A DNA stretch of 62,104 nt, filler included, from Asterionella formosa (lineage: Eukaryota): NCBI GenBank assembly GCA_002256025.1. It is 15 parts of 15 records of this genome, joined end to end, with 100 filler letters (N's around TTAATTAATTAA, not from the genome) between each part and the next. Parts side by side here need not be neighbours in the genome. Positions count along the whole stretch, not along the records: positions 1 to 4,063 come from NKIB01013744.1; positions 4,164 to 8,225 come from NKIB01013745.1; positions 8,326 to 12,384 come from NKIB01013747.1; 12 more parts are not named here. One strand, 5' to 3'. Under the pieces are notes generated by a model. It was not told the origin of the DNA and ran no database searches. It worked only from the letters and a program-made list of their open reading frames with translations. Positions 1-11,752 of this stretch are shown here, one piece after another (position 1 is the stretch's first letter; every line of letters begins with the position of its first letter). The position numbers and the translations under genes are program-made.

Positions 1-127
1 ATCTAGCAGGAAGGCTAGAAGCAGAGACAAGAGAGAAAGTGAGTGGTACTAGGTAGTACTACGATCACGTAAGAGTCTACGTGAAGAGAGACCCAACCCG
101 CGGGAAGGAGTACGGACCATTTCAACA
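1..127 (-). mobile_element. Possible partial LTR terminus at the contig edge
   Basis: Ends in ATTTCAACA, which reads TGTTGAAAT on the minus strand. This is the same terminus as the LTR-like element at 15900-16070. The other end is not in the contig. Confidence 0.3.
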
Positions 128-491
128 GATGTCATGGTGTGTTCAACTATTATGAGTTTTCATTGTGATTGTCTAAAATGATTTAGGAGAAAATTATAGA
201 TGACCACCTTTTTACTAATTTGCATAGTGTTATACCACTATAGCCCGAATTTCGATTCATGACATATGCAGTGTGATAGCTTGTTTTGATGAAAATCTAA
301 CTTTGTCAAATGTATGGATTTTCTGGGATGAATCCTGTGGTTACAGGGATTGTGCTCAAGAAATGTTCACCAGAAATTTTATACCTTTGACTGAAGTTAC
401 AAAATCAAGGTATGCTGAATGAGCCCCCCAATTTCTCTTTTTCTCAAAATTGGGAGGGCATTTTGGGGATTAGCATACAAATCTCGATTCT

Positions 492-795
492 TTTTTTTGG
501 CTGTTCCAAGGCGCCAGGAGAAAACCTATCTGGCCGCTTTGCCCACCTGCCCCATCGATGTGGGGTGCTTGGGGGGCATCATGAGACGAGGATTCGAACT
601 CCTCCCACCAGTTCATGTGTTCAGGAATGTTTTTGAGGCACCCCGTCATCCAATCATGTCCCAGTGTCCGGTGAGGCACCCCGCCCCTCCACCTGGGCGA
701 GGTAGTGTGAGACTTTCACTCACTAAAAACCTGTGTGCAGCCCCAGTCTTGACCAGTACGCGGTCTGCCCTACCCGTCGGGGCGTTGGCCCGTGG
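492..795 (-). mobile_element. SINE-like non-autonomous retroelement, copy 1
   Basis: Flanked by a perfect 17-bp direct repeat ATACAAATCTCGATTCT (475-491 and 796-812). Has an oligo-A tail on the minus strand (T-run 491-498) and a B-box-like GAGTTCGAATCC (minus strand, 590-601). A second copy with the same ends lies at 48582-48880. Confidence 0.8.
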
Positions 796-1352
796 ATACA
801 AATCTCGATTCTAAAGGCCGAAATGTGATGTACGTGCCCCGGCATCTATATACACATATCTGCAAATGACAAAAAAGTATAAAAGAAAAAAGGATAAAAA
901 AATCAACAACATCAGCACACAAAATCTTGAGCCGCCGCGCACCAGCCAGCGCGCCCCTTGATGATCATAAAATCCGGTTTGTCGCATGTATATACCAGGT
1001 ACCAGGTAGACTACCAGGCTACCAGGTACCCTAGACCCTACGTAGACCCTAGACCATGCTTTAGACTCTCTACCGTATGCTACCTGGTATGTAGCTAAAA
1101 ATATGCATCCACAAAAGCCGAGCTACCGGTACCTGGTACCAGTACCCTTGTACCGGTATCCCGGTTGTATGGAGTACCTGATACTACCGGTAAAAATGGA
1201 TATTTACACATTTACCGGTATATCATGAGCCACAGCACAGGAAAATGCATACCGGTACATACATCATCTTTTATGGGAGAGCAGGGAGAGGAGAGTAGGT
1301 ACACAATTTTTTGAAGCACAGATCTGTTGATGCCACGACCTCAAAACAAACA

Positions 1353-2609
1353 ATGATATCACTGTCAAGACAGACAACAACATCCACAATCCTTCGATTG
1401 CAGTGTTCCTTGCGTCTAGATCGAGTATTATTCCAACGTCGAAACATACTTTCCGACGCCATCAAAAAACGAGTTGATACAATTTGCGAACGACATGACA
1501 AAATCAACGAATTATTGAACTCGGGCGAGGGATCTTCTCTTGGAAAAGAATTCGGTTTGCTGATACCAGTTTCTCGACTGAGAGATAAGCTTGAAGTTTT
1601 AGACAAGGAAGAGCAATCGTTCCAGGAATTGCTAGCTGAGGCTTCAAGTACTGGAGACCGGGAGTTGGAACAGGAGTGCATTGGAGAGATAAAGAGACTG
1701 GAGGAAGTGAGATCGAAAGTTGAGAAACGCATTTTGGAAGCGGTCCTACCTAAGGACGAAGAAGATTACGGATCTGATGCAATCATTGAAGTCAGAGCAG
1801 GATCTGGAGGCGACGAAGCAGCTCTTTTCAGTGCTGCGATTGTGGAATTGTACACGAACTCGGCTAGGGCTTTGGGATTCAAGACAGAAATTCTGACCGA
1901 AACAAAGACTGAATTGGGAGGATTAAAGGAAGCTTCTCTGGCTGTTTCTAGCAGTGGTTCCTATGGATCTGGCATAAACGATGACGGTGACGACTATTCA
2001 ACCAATTTGCTCGCTGGCTTTGGTCCTTACGGTTTCTTCAAATTTGAGAGTGGAGTGCATCGAGTGCAGCGAGTTCCCATCAATGATGTTAAATTACAGA
2101 CAAGCGCCTGTTCGGTCGCAGTTTTGCCATCCTTGCCTGAAAGCTCAAACCACGGGGAGCTGCTTCCAAGCTCAGAATTAAGAATTGAAACTATGAGATC
2201 CTCCGGAAATGGAGGACAGAGTGTTAATACCACCGAGAGTGCCGTTCGGATTACTCACATACCTACCGGAATTACTGCAGCCATACAGGACGAAAGAAGT
2301 CAGCATAGGAACAGAGAGAAAGCTCTCAAGCTAGTCGCAGCTAGGGTGAGGGACAGACAGCAAGCAGAGGCCATTAAAGAAAGAGGTGAAGAACGCAAGG
2401 GTCTAATGGGAGGTGGCGATCGGAGTGAGCGCATTCGCACTTACAACTATCCCCAAGATCGAGTGACAGATCATCGATGCAAGCACTCAGAGTATGGTAT
2501 CTCGAAGTTGTTCGAAGGAAGGGTAGAAGACGGTTTGGTAATGGCATTCGCTCCTCGAATGCGAGAGATGCATCGTGACGAGCTTGTTCGAGATCTTAAA
2601 GGAGAATGA
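1353..2609 (+). CDS. prfA: Organellar (probably mitochondrial) class I peptide chain release factor, RF1 family
   Basis: Motifs EVRAGSGGDEAALF, FKFESGVHRVQRVP, GNGGQSVNTTESAVRITHIPTG and DRSERIRTYNYPQDRVTDHR. First ATG at 1353. The N-terminus is R/S/T/L-rich, like a mitochondrial presequence. Confidence 0.9.
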   Translation: MISLSRQTTTSTILRLQCSLRLDRVLFQRRNILSDAIKKRVDTICERHDKINELLNSGEGSSLGKEFGLLIPVSRLRDKLEVLDKEEQSFQELLAEASSTGDRELEQECIGEIKRLEEVRSKVEKRILEAVLPKDEEDYGSDAIIEVRAGSGGDEAALFSAAIVELYTNSARALGFKTEILTETKTELGGLKEASLAVSSSGSYGSGINDDGDDYSTNLLAGFGPYGFFKFESGVHRVQRVPINDVKLQTSACSVAVLPSLPESSNHGELLPSSELRIETMRSSGNGGQSVNTTESAVRITHIPTGITAAIQDERSQHRNREKALKLVAARVRDRQQAEAIKERGEERKGLMGGGDRSERIRTYNYPQDRVTDHRCKHSEYGISKLFEGRVEDGLVMAFAPRMREMHRDELVRDLKGE

Positions 2610-2747
2610 TTGTAGTTAGATTGAGGTCGATTGCTAATCAGATAGACTGTGGATATCTAATGAACAAATTATTTTATTCTTGTCGCTCTATTCTTTCGGT
2701 ACGACTAGTTTACATCATCAAGTCTTGGTTTTGCGATAAGCAATTTA

Positions 2748-4063
2748 TCATGCCAGTGAAGCGCATTCAGGATGAAACTTCGACAAGGCATAAAAATTGA
2801 ACCCAGCAATAACAAGCGCATCATCTTGACGATTGTTCTTTTTGTATATTCTACTGGCTTCAGAGTAACAAGTCATAAGTTCCTTCACCTCAGCTCGTTG
2901 CAAATGAATGTTTCCAATTAGGTTCAAGACCTTAGCGACAGCTACATCGTCGTTACCTCGCTTCTTTCTTTCGATGGTGAGAGCTTCACGGAAATAAGAC
3001 AGCGCCTCGTCGAGCTCTCCCCGTTGTTGGTGGACTTGACCCATGTGCTGTAACGTGAGGACGACGTCGTGGTGATCACGTCCAAGTGCCTGACGTTCGA
3101 CACGAAGGGTTTCACGATAATATTTTACGGCTTCTTCATCTTCACCAATTTCCAAGAAGATAGTGGCAATATTGTACCACAAAATGGCGACATCACGGTG
3201 GTTAGGTCCAAGGATCTTACATCTGATACGGAGACTCTCCATGAAGCACTGCTTAGCCACCTCAAAAAGTTCTTGCTTGAAGAGAACAAGACCGATAGAG
3301 TTCAGGGTGGAAGCAACATCGGTGTGATCTTCCCCAAGGAGATCCCTGCGGATACGAAGAGCGTCCTGGTATAACTCAAAGGAAGAATTGTAATTTTTAA
3401 TCTGGTACTGCATTAATCCCAAGCTACTCAAGGTAGCCGCAACATCAATATGGTTGGGTCCATAAGCACGTAGCTGCATAGCATGAACTTCGCGGTACGT
3501 TCGAATAGCAGTGCTGAAGTCTCCACGTTGCTTGTGGATTTGAGCAATGTTGGTCAATGTCACCATAATGTGAGGATGATCTTTGTCAAGAACCGAGCGT
3601 TCGACCTTTAGACCTTCATTGTAGTAATTCATAGCAGATTCCAAGTCACCCATCTCATATGACAAATTACCGATCTTGTTCAAGGTGGATGCAACCTCAG
3701 GGTGATGTTCTCCGAGAGCCGCGCGGCCGGTAGTCAAAGCTTTTTCGAACATAGTCTTTGCATCGTCGAATTCACTGCGCTCTTGGTGGATTTGACCAAT
3801 ACACTTATACATGATAGCCATGTCTCTGTGCTCACTTCCAAGTCGGATTGTGGCAAGGACAAGGAATTCCTTGTACAATTTCATGGCGTCATCAAGTTCT
3901 CCACGTTGGTGATGGGTCTGGCCGGTGTTATAAATTGTGGCTGCGACGTCAATATGGTTCTCTCCAAGGGTACTTCTGCGAATGAAAAGTGCTTCTTTGT
4001 AAACCTTGAGAGCATCGTCATATTCGGTGCGAAGATAGTGGATGCGGCCAATGTTGTTCAAGA
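2748..4063 (-). CDS. Tetratricopeptide-repeat protein (kinesin light chain/nephrocystin-3-like repeats), 5'-truncated by the contig end
   Basis: About ten 42-aa repeats of the type LGxxHxDVAxTLNxIGxxxxxxGxxxxAxxxYxEAL. The frame is open to the contig edge. Confidence 0.85.
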
Positions 4064-4163
4064 NNNNNNNNNNNNNNNNNNNNNNNNNNNNNNNNNNNNN
4101 NNNNNNNTTAATTAATTAANNNNNNNNNNNNNNNNNNNNNNNNNNNNNNNNNNNNNNNNNNNN
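4064..4163. other. Artificial contig spacer (N44-TTAATTAATTAA-N44). Others at 8226, 12385, 16547, 20695, 24841, 28985, 33127, 37269, 41413, 45554, 49694, 53834 and 57970, each 100 nt
   Basis: Identical linkers with stops in all six frames, separating roughly size-sorted ~4 kb contigs. Confidence 0.98.
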
Positions 4164-4288
4164 AATTTCTCTCGCAGCTGTTGAAATTGATTTTCAATGT
4201 CATCAAGACTGGATTGAATTCATCTCCGTCCCCATGGGAAGAATTGATACAAAAAATCTTGTCGTTGAAAGTCGGGAATAAGTTGGGC

Positions 4289-4915
4289 GTGCTGTCAATC
4301 GCTCTTGCCTTTGATGAAATTGATTTTTAATTTCATCGAAAACTTGATTGATTTCACCTCCATCGCTATGGGGATTGATATGAACTTGTCGTTGAAAAGC
4401 GGGAATGGGTTGGGCTCAGTCCATAGCATGGGCAAACAAACGATGCATGTTCCTCTAACTGTCTTTGTTTAGGAGTGAAAAGTCGTTCTTGGAGAGCAAT
4501 ACCTTGTTGTGAAAGTTCTGTTGGCCTGATTCGACGAACAAAGGCTTGCTTCTTGAGAAAAGCTGAAATTTCTATGTCTCTGTCTCTTTTTTAAAGTTCA
4601 CTCATGGCATCATCCTTGTCATCAGGAGATGAGGAGAGGTAAGCCGACATGCTGGTCAGTGACTGATACTGGTGAAATTAAGGAACTCATGTGGATAATG
4701 AACAAGAGGCCGCATAACACGCAAGAGGATGCATCGCTATGAAAATATAACTGTTATAAATTAAAGTTAAATTTCTATAAAATGTCAGATGACTAATCTA
4801 AAATATCTTGATTATCAGAGCGTGACGACGTTATTATGTATCAAATCGCCAAAATAATTTGTGTTATAATACACACATGATATAATAATTTTTTATTATC
4901 AGAGCGCGCCCAGTG
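4289..4915. mobile_element. Interspersed repeat, probably the end of a Tc1/mariner-pogo-type DNA transposon, copy 1
   Basis: Highly similar to 12833-13475. Both copies stop matching at TTATCAGAGCGCGCCCA(G/C)T, whose reverse complement resembles a CAGTG-type TIR. The subterminal motif TTATCAGAGCG is repeated. Confidence 0.6.
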
Positions 4916-5028
4916 TGTATACTTTTGTACCTAATTCTATGCTAGTAATAATTTGTGTAGAGTCTACAGTTTTTTTCTTGATAGAAATTGAGGTTAACCA
5001 ACCAAATCATTTTTTCGGTATCATCAGC

Positions 5029-5957
5029 ATGACAACCAAGAAATATCTCTGCATCAGGCAGAAGAAAAAGATTGTTGCGGAAGCACACAGCAAGCACAAC
5101 AATATCAAGGCAACCGCCAGAGCATATTCGGTTCAGCCAAAGCAGATCTGGAGCTGGAAGTCCATGCTGGACGATGCAATTGTTGTGGATCCATCTGTGA
5201 TGGCGGAGATTATCCTGCAGGAAGAAGTTTTTATTCAGAGGCAGGTGTTGGTGAAAAAAAGCGCTCACCCCGGCCGCTCTCCAAACATTGCTGCTAACTT
5301 TGAAGGCTTAAAGTTCTTCGGATCAACAACTTTGGCAAACCGTGGCGAAAGGACCATTGGACTTCGAACCACAGGGAATTCGAAACGCTGCACTGTGTTA
5401 TTAGGTGTCACCATGGGTGGTGAGAAGTTTCCACCATTCATTGTATTCACAGGAAGAAGGGATGGTTGTATTGCCAGGCAATTGGGATTATTAGACAACA
5501 ATCAACAACTTTTCCGGTTGGTACTATTAAACATGTTTGTCAACCCAAAGCTTGGGTTGATACAGACATATTCTTACAATGGATCGAAAAAGTTTGGAAT
5601 CCATTTGCTTTAGGAAAAGGCGGCAAGTCTACTTACCTCATCATGGATGATTTTACTGACCACAAGGTAGGACGTTGTGTCGATGCAATTAAAAATTGCG
5701 GCACTGAGGAGGTTAATTACGTCCTCCCAGGCTACACATCTAGACTTCAAGTGTTGGATGTTGGAGTGAATAACACCTTCAAGGATTACATTTGGGGATA
5801 CTTGGAAGACGACATGGTTGCCAATGTGGATAATTCCAAGGTGCAAAGGCACAACATTGCACAGTGGGTAGAAATGGCATGGGCTAGAGTCTCAATTGAA
5901 AGAATCACCAATACCTGGAGGAGCATTGGATCTGAGGGCTTTGCTGCTGTGAACTAG
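5029..5957 (+). pseudogene. pogo/Tc5-like (DDE_1) transposase, frameshifted and internally deleted
   Basis: N-terminal HTH-like NIKATARAYSVQPKQIWSWK, then RCTVLLGVTMGGEKFPPFIVFTG. A second frame gives KAWVDTDIFLQW, LIMDDFTDHK and PGYTSRLQVLDVGVN. Confidence 0.85.
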
Positions 5958-6214
5958 TCAATTAAAATAGGATCGGATCATCTGATAATCTATTTTAGCA
6001 TTTAATTTTAGTGAAATAATCATTATTGTCAATTAGATTTATGATGGCAAAGCGTAGTCGAATAAATTAAGCTGATGTCTACAAAATAACTAAACCAAAG
6101 TGATTCTACTGTTGAAAATGCTAATTTCTAATACCAATTACTAATGTTCTAATGTAGATTGGTTGAAGGACTTGAAGGCTTGTCCAGTTTTCATAACATC
6201 TATTCCTGAATCTG

Positions 6215-6618
6215 GATGTCCTCAAGGAGCCGGAATGAACAAACTCCAAGGCAGGTTATTATGGCTTTTTGCCCTTTTGGCAGCATTTTCACTAGAATCA
6301 TAGAGCTCAATGACTTGAGCAAGCTTGTTGACAAACTTGTCGCTTGTTTTCTTCAAAGCTGCAATATTTTTGCCAAGGAATCCAATGGTGCACAGTTCCA
6401 TCCCATCAAGGATCAGAACAGCCTTGATACCTGCCTGATCAACTCCAACAATTGGGACCACTGATGTGATGCCTTGAACCGAACAAAATCATTAGGCCTC
6501 ACAATTGATCCACAGCAGGCATGCTGCTCACAGCTTCTTCCAACGGTACCTAGTAGTACCTCTGAGGCCAAGGATTTCGCCATCACAAATGTCATCCGCA
6601 ATTCTCATGTTGCTCCAT
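6215..6618 (-). pseudogene. Degenerate small Cys/His-rich ORF convergent on the pogo transposase
   Basis: Joining three frames gives DGEILGLRGTT/VGRSCEQHACCGSIVRPNDFVRFK/...IKAVLILDGMELCTIGFL...AQVIELYD...KSHNN. This looks like a single frameshifted gene. Confidence 0.5.
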
Positions 6619-7499
6619 GAATACACCTACTGGTACCTGCATATGTGAGAATATTTTCATAAACCTGGCATGTGATGATACTTTACAGGGAACAGTAATA
6701 TACGAAAATAAAAATGAACAAATAGAATACGTTTATGTTGTGTTATTTTTTCTGTACACATAAAATAGTTGGGAGTGTTGTGCCAGATGTACAAAGGGGT
6801 ACAAGACTATGGGGAGATATGAGACACCAAGTTTTATGGTGGCCCTTATCGGTTGATTGTTGTGATATTCGAAGGAGAAACTGCTGGCCAGCGAGCAACT
6901 TTTGGTTCTCCATTCTGGGAGTCCGCTTTTGCGCATCGTTGTTCAGTGTTGGGGTCATCATCATGCCACCAAGATCCAAGAAGATTCGACAGGGTGGAAT
7001 GGTCTCTAAGAGTATGATTGTGGATTAATGGGCAACAAGAGCACAAGTTCGCAAAGACCAGGGACAGGATGAGCTCCTGGAGCCGTTGATGTTGTTGAGG
7101 CGTAAGGGGTTGTGGAAATAAACCGTCTACAGGAGGTTCCAATCCCTGGAACAGACCTGCAAGCAAGTGATTGGATTCAGAGTGACAGTCCCTCTGGACC
7201 TGAAAACCCCAGTGATATTGGAGACAACAAAAGCAACAATGACGATGATGATCCATCAGGAGCGTCAGTAAATGATCATTTTGCCATTGCGCAAGCATTC
7301 ATCAAGTTCAATTGTGTGATGGAAGAGCCTCAGTTTTGAGAAAATCGATCACCTTTGGACTCTAGCCCAATAACATCTTGTGATTGGTAATGGGGCAGTT
7401 TCAGCAACATCATTTGCATGCCTTTTTGATAAAGGTTCTTTGGATAAGCTTTTCATTATGAAGGCTTTTTGACAGGAATGTGGGTCCTTGTGATTCAAC

Positions 7500-8225
7500 C
7501 TCCTCAGGGTATTACAAATTGATTTGAAGCATTTAGTTGTGCTCATGTTGAGATTTAGGAATGCTTCACATGAGGGACACATGGAGGCAGTGCTTTGCAT
7601 ATTTGGTTATGTGAAAAGGTATTTATGGTCTTGGATTGTCTTCAATCCAGCTTATAGAGATTGGACTACAATCAATTGGTATGATGGTGCTGATTAGAAA
7701 GAATTCTACTCTGATGCTTTTGAGTTGACTCCACCAGGAGCGCCGGAGGCTCTTGAGAATGAGGTGCAAATAAACCTCTTTTGTGATGCCACACATGCAA
7801 ATTGTCTTGCTACTCACAAATTGACAATGGAGGTATTGGTATTCTCAAATGGTGCTGCTTTGAGGTGGTATTCCAAAAGGCAAAATACTCTTGAAATGTC
7901 AGCTTTTTTTTAATGGTGCAGCTGTGAGGTGGTATTCCAAAAGGCAAAATACTGTCAAAATGTCCTTTGGGAGTGAGTTTTTAGCAATGAAAATTGCTAT
8001 TGAAATGAATGCTGCACTTGTATGTAAGTTTTGTATGTGCTCATTGATGGTGCTGCAAATGTGTTTGGTGACAATGCAAGTGTGGTGAAGAATTTGACTA
8101 GGCCCAAGTCAACTTATAATAAAAGGCATAATGTGATTGCTTTTCATAAGTGTCATGAAGAATGTGCATGTGGATCAGCTCATGTGGCACATGGACCTGG
8201 TAAGGCAAGCTGCTCTGATGGTTTA
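7500..8225 (+). mobile_element. Degenerate Ty1/Copia RT C-terminus and RNase H fragment
   Basis: Motifs FCDATHA, WYSKRQNT (tandemly duplicated), FGSEFLAMKIAIE and FGDNASVV...KRHNVIAFHK, split by stops and frameshifts. Confidence 0.8.
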
Positions 8226-10653
8226 NNNNNNNNNNNNNNNNNNNNNNNNNNNNNNNNNNNNNNNNNNNNTTAATTAATTAANNNNNNNNNNNNNNNNNNN
8301 NNNNNNNNNNNNNNNNNNNNNNNNNATGGATGACTATCACCAGGCCACCAGCAAGATTCATCCCATAGGATTAGTGTCACAAGAGTACATCATGAATCAT
8401 AGGGTTGTATGCATATACTTGTACACCATAAAGCACAGAAATCACCACAGGGAAAATTCACAAATACTTCCACTTTTCGTTCTATTCGCTCTATCATTAC
8501 CAGTAATCCTATACTATCCTTCTATCTGCTCTATTTTTGCGTTGTTGTGCTTACTAAGTGATGTCATTAAGAACCTGGCAATCTTGTTATTTATACAACT
8601 ACACATTTTGGAAAAACAAATCTCCTCCATGTAACAATCGAAAGCATCAAGCCATTTAAATGAAACAGGAAATTCCGGTGCTCCTGTCTCATTTTCCAGC
8701 ATTCGATATTTGGAAGCAGTATTGTATACAGAGTCTCCATGACATCATCTAGTAGTAGCTAGATGACTACGATGTTCCATTTCATAACAATGATGATCAT
8801 AATAACTCAGTGAATTCTCAAACCTCAGCAAAAGTTCACAAAGAACAATGAAATAAGATAAATAAATGAATTAGATAAGGATTATATGCTGTATACTGAG
8901 AATCTAGAATGAGCTGGATTCATTCCCAAAGAATCGATGAAAATGCTTCTTCCTCTTCAATTTCAACTTCCAAATAGAAATTTTCTCAACATGGTTGCAT
9001 CCAATTGAATCAGAACTCATATTATTCCTTGATGAGATTACCTTGCCCCAATGTATGTTGATTATCTTATGAAAATGTTATTCAAAGCAAAGTCTATGAA
9101 ATATTTTGATTGAAATAATCAAGCACTATCATCCTACCAAACATTGAAGAAGCAAATGGATTGCTTAATATTATATGATGAATTTTTGTTATAATTTTGA
9201 GTCAATATTGATTATTATTATGATGTTTAAATGTTTATTCAAAATTTTATATAATTGATAATTTGGCTTATTACAAGACTTCTTGATCAAGGTTTATTAA
9301 GGTGTGGGCTTTATAAATATGATCAAATGATCATATTCAGCTTTAACATCAATTAGTCTATCATACATATAGCTAGTGATGCAATTATCATGCAGCAAGA
9401 AATTCTGTGCCACTCGCTGTAAAACAACTGCGATCTGTTGCATGTTAGTGGGGAAATGAGAGACAATGGCAGATTGATATGCGTGGAGTAGAAGTTGAAA
9501 GGGGATGGTCTTAATGCGGTCGAGGGGAAAATTGTGTTTAGAGTAGTGCTGCTGCTGGCGTTGGAGGCAGAGATCGATGCCCCCCAGCCTGTATTATCGT
9601 TCTGCATCTCGTCCTGGCTGCTCACGATGGTGTCTCCTCTCTCTTTTTTACTGTTTCTTTTACACTGCATCTACGTGAATAAAATAGCTGGGTTGAAAGT
9701 GATTGCTCTCGATGCTTGCAAACACATCGCCATGTTGAGTTTGTTCCTGATGTCAATTACAATCGATCATTGCTCTAGCTAATACATACATAAAGTTCAT
9801 GTAAACTATCATAATAGCATCTATTAGACTAGCAGCTGCAGTTAGAATAGTGGCTTCCATTCAACCAGGAATAGATCATTGCCATTAATCTGATGAAATG
9901 ATCATGGTCATTTCAAAAGGGGGTCTCAAAAATCACATGCTAAATGAGTCAAAACATAATTTACTATAAGAAAAGATGAACAAACTAAGAAATGAATATT
10001 ATTATCTATGAATCATTTTTTAAGGTTGCAGCCCCCGCATAACCCTAGTTTATAGCAAAACATCGCTAGGGTTGTAGAATCGGCATGGAACAGGGAGTTC
10101 GTTTCTGCGAATTCCCATGATTCGAGTGTCCATTCGAATATTTATATTGAATAGTAATCGGCGCCAGATTAAAGAGTTCCATTTCAAAGAAACAAACAAA
10201 CATGATATCTTCATGATTATGTTATATCTTCATTGGTGTATTTAGATATAAAATTACTCCACGCCTAAAATACATGTTAATCAGTAGTAGGATGCCGGTA
10301 TGTATAGTAATCATGGGTCTTTTTCAAACAAAGGAAATGATATTTAGATCTTCATATTCAATCTACGTTGCTGAATGTAAATTTAATAATTCTCTACGCC
10401 AAAAGGCATCTACGTACCAGTTAATCAGTGCTTAGTACCTGGTACCGATATGAAATCTTGGTTCATGACAAGCATGGGAAAACTACCGGTACCAGCCAGA
10501 AGTCCTGATTTTACTTACCAGTATACAGTACCTGTACATGTAGATTGGCGCGCTAGTGTGCCTTTACAAAATTGGGAGAATCCAGCTGATCTCGAGCAGG
10601 TGAGTAAATTTGGGTTTAATGGTGATTAAAATATATAGCCGTGTAACTTGCTA

Positions 10654-10808
10654 CAACGTCAGGAGTTAACTTCTGTAGAGAAAGTGCGATTACTATGTAT
10701 CAAATTAATTCTTTACTATACTTGATAGCCCCTTTTTTGAATATTTTTGGGATAGTTACAAATCTACAATACATGACAGCATTTTCTCTCAAGAAATGAG
10801 GTCCTGCA
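10654..10808. mobile_element. ~155-bp fold-back MITE, copy 1
   Basis: Imperfect long TIRs (GTCAGGAGTTAACTTC... / ...GAAATGAGGTCCTG), preceded by TA. Similar to 11753-11912. Confidence 0.5.
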
Positions 10809-11752
10809 CAAAATATAAGCTAAGCAGGATGGAAAAAGTGGTCAATACACCGGGAGCTCGAAGAAAACAAGGGTGAAGCACAGGTATCCGTGTGGTATGC
10901 CAACGGAGGGAGTACAGAATGGTGGCATTACACCACAAGGTATATGCACCAAAATCCTTAGTTTTTCTGAAAAACCGTTTAAAAGCAGAGCAGCTGGCAG
11001 AACGACACTTGATCAGGATGGTTGCCGATGGTTAGCAACAGAGCAGAGAAGAAAAATTTGACTTGGCCGGCATGTCGAATCCTTTTGGTAACATCCCTTC
11101 TTTTGATGCCGCCATTCCTGCTGCTGATTCAGCTGGCGCCGATGTGGTATGACCCCTTAGATCAGCTCAGCGTTCCTTGTGGACGTCACAAGGAGGTTGG
11201 TTAATGATCCAGGTAAGAAACTTCGTTTGATGAAATTTGTCGATTTCACATTGGTTTGCTTGTCAGGGAGTCATAGCGGCTGCAGGCGGTGGAACTCAAC
11301 GTTTCTGCACTATTGGGGGCGCAAACTGTAAAGTGGCGGGGCACAAGATTAAAAAACATTTAGTCTTAGGAAATGGTGTCTATGTGAATGGCTGCCACCA
11401 ACAAATCAGCATTAATCGAGGCTTACTACTTGAGTATTGAAGAAGCACAGATGTTGGAAGATGAATTAACATTGGTTCTTTGGGGGAAAGAAAGAGGAAA
11501 CAAAAAATTGGGCACTATACAAATGGGTTTTATCAATATTTAGAGAGAGTGCAAGAATCATCTCCTCATAAAATACCCTGGAGTCTTTTCGGACAGAGAA
11601 TTATGCATCAAAACATACCTACGCAAGACTCTAATTCCGATTCCACTATTTTGGTGACTGTTGAAAAAGCCAATCAGGTCGACTTTTTGGAGGAGGATTG
11701 CTCTACATCTGCTGGGTTTTATGAAGATTTAAATAGATAGAAATGTACCATA

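Noticed and set aside
560..640. tRNA gene suggested by GTTCGAATCC
   Set aside because: No cloverleaf or clear A box, the motif is mutated in the second copy, and it lies inside the SINE-like repeat.
412..814. ORFs of 74-131 aa (also 48489-49085)
   Set aside because: They overlap the SINE-like repeat, and the frames are not conserved between the two copies.
10020..10050. Helitron 3' end (weak hairpin plus CTAG-T)
   Set aside because: The hairpin is weak, and there is no second copy or RepHel sequence in the window.
11237..11740. Cys-rich ORF fragments, possibly TE-derived
   Set aside because: Too short and degenerate to assign.
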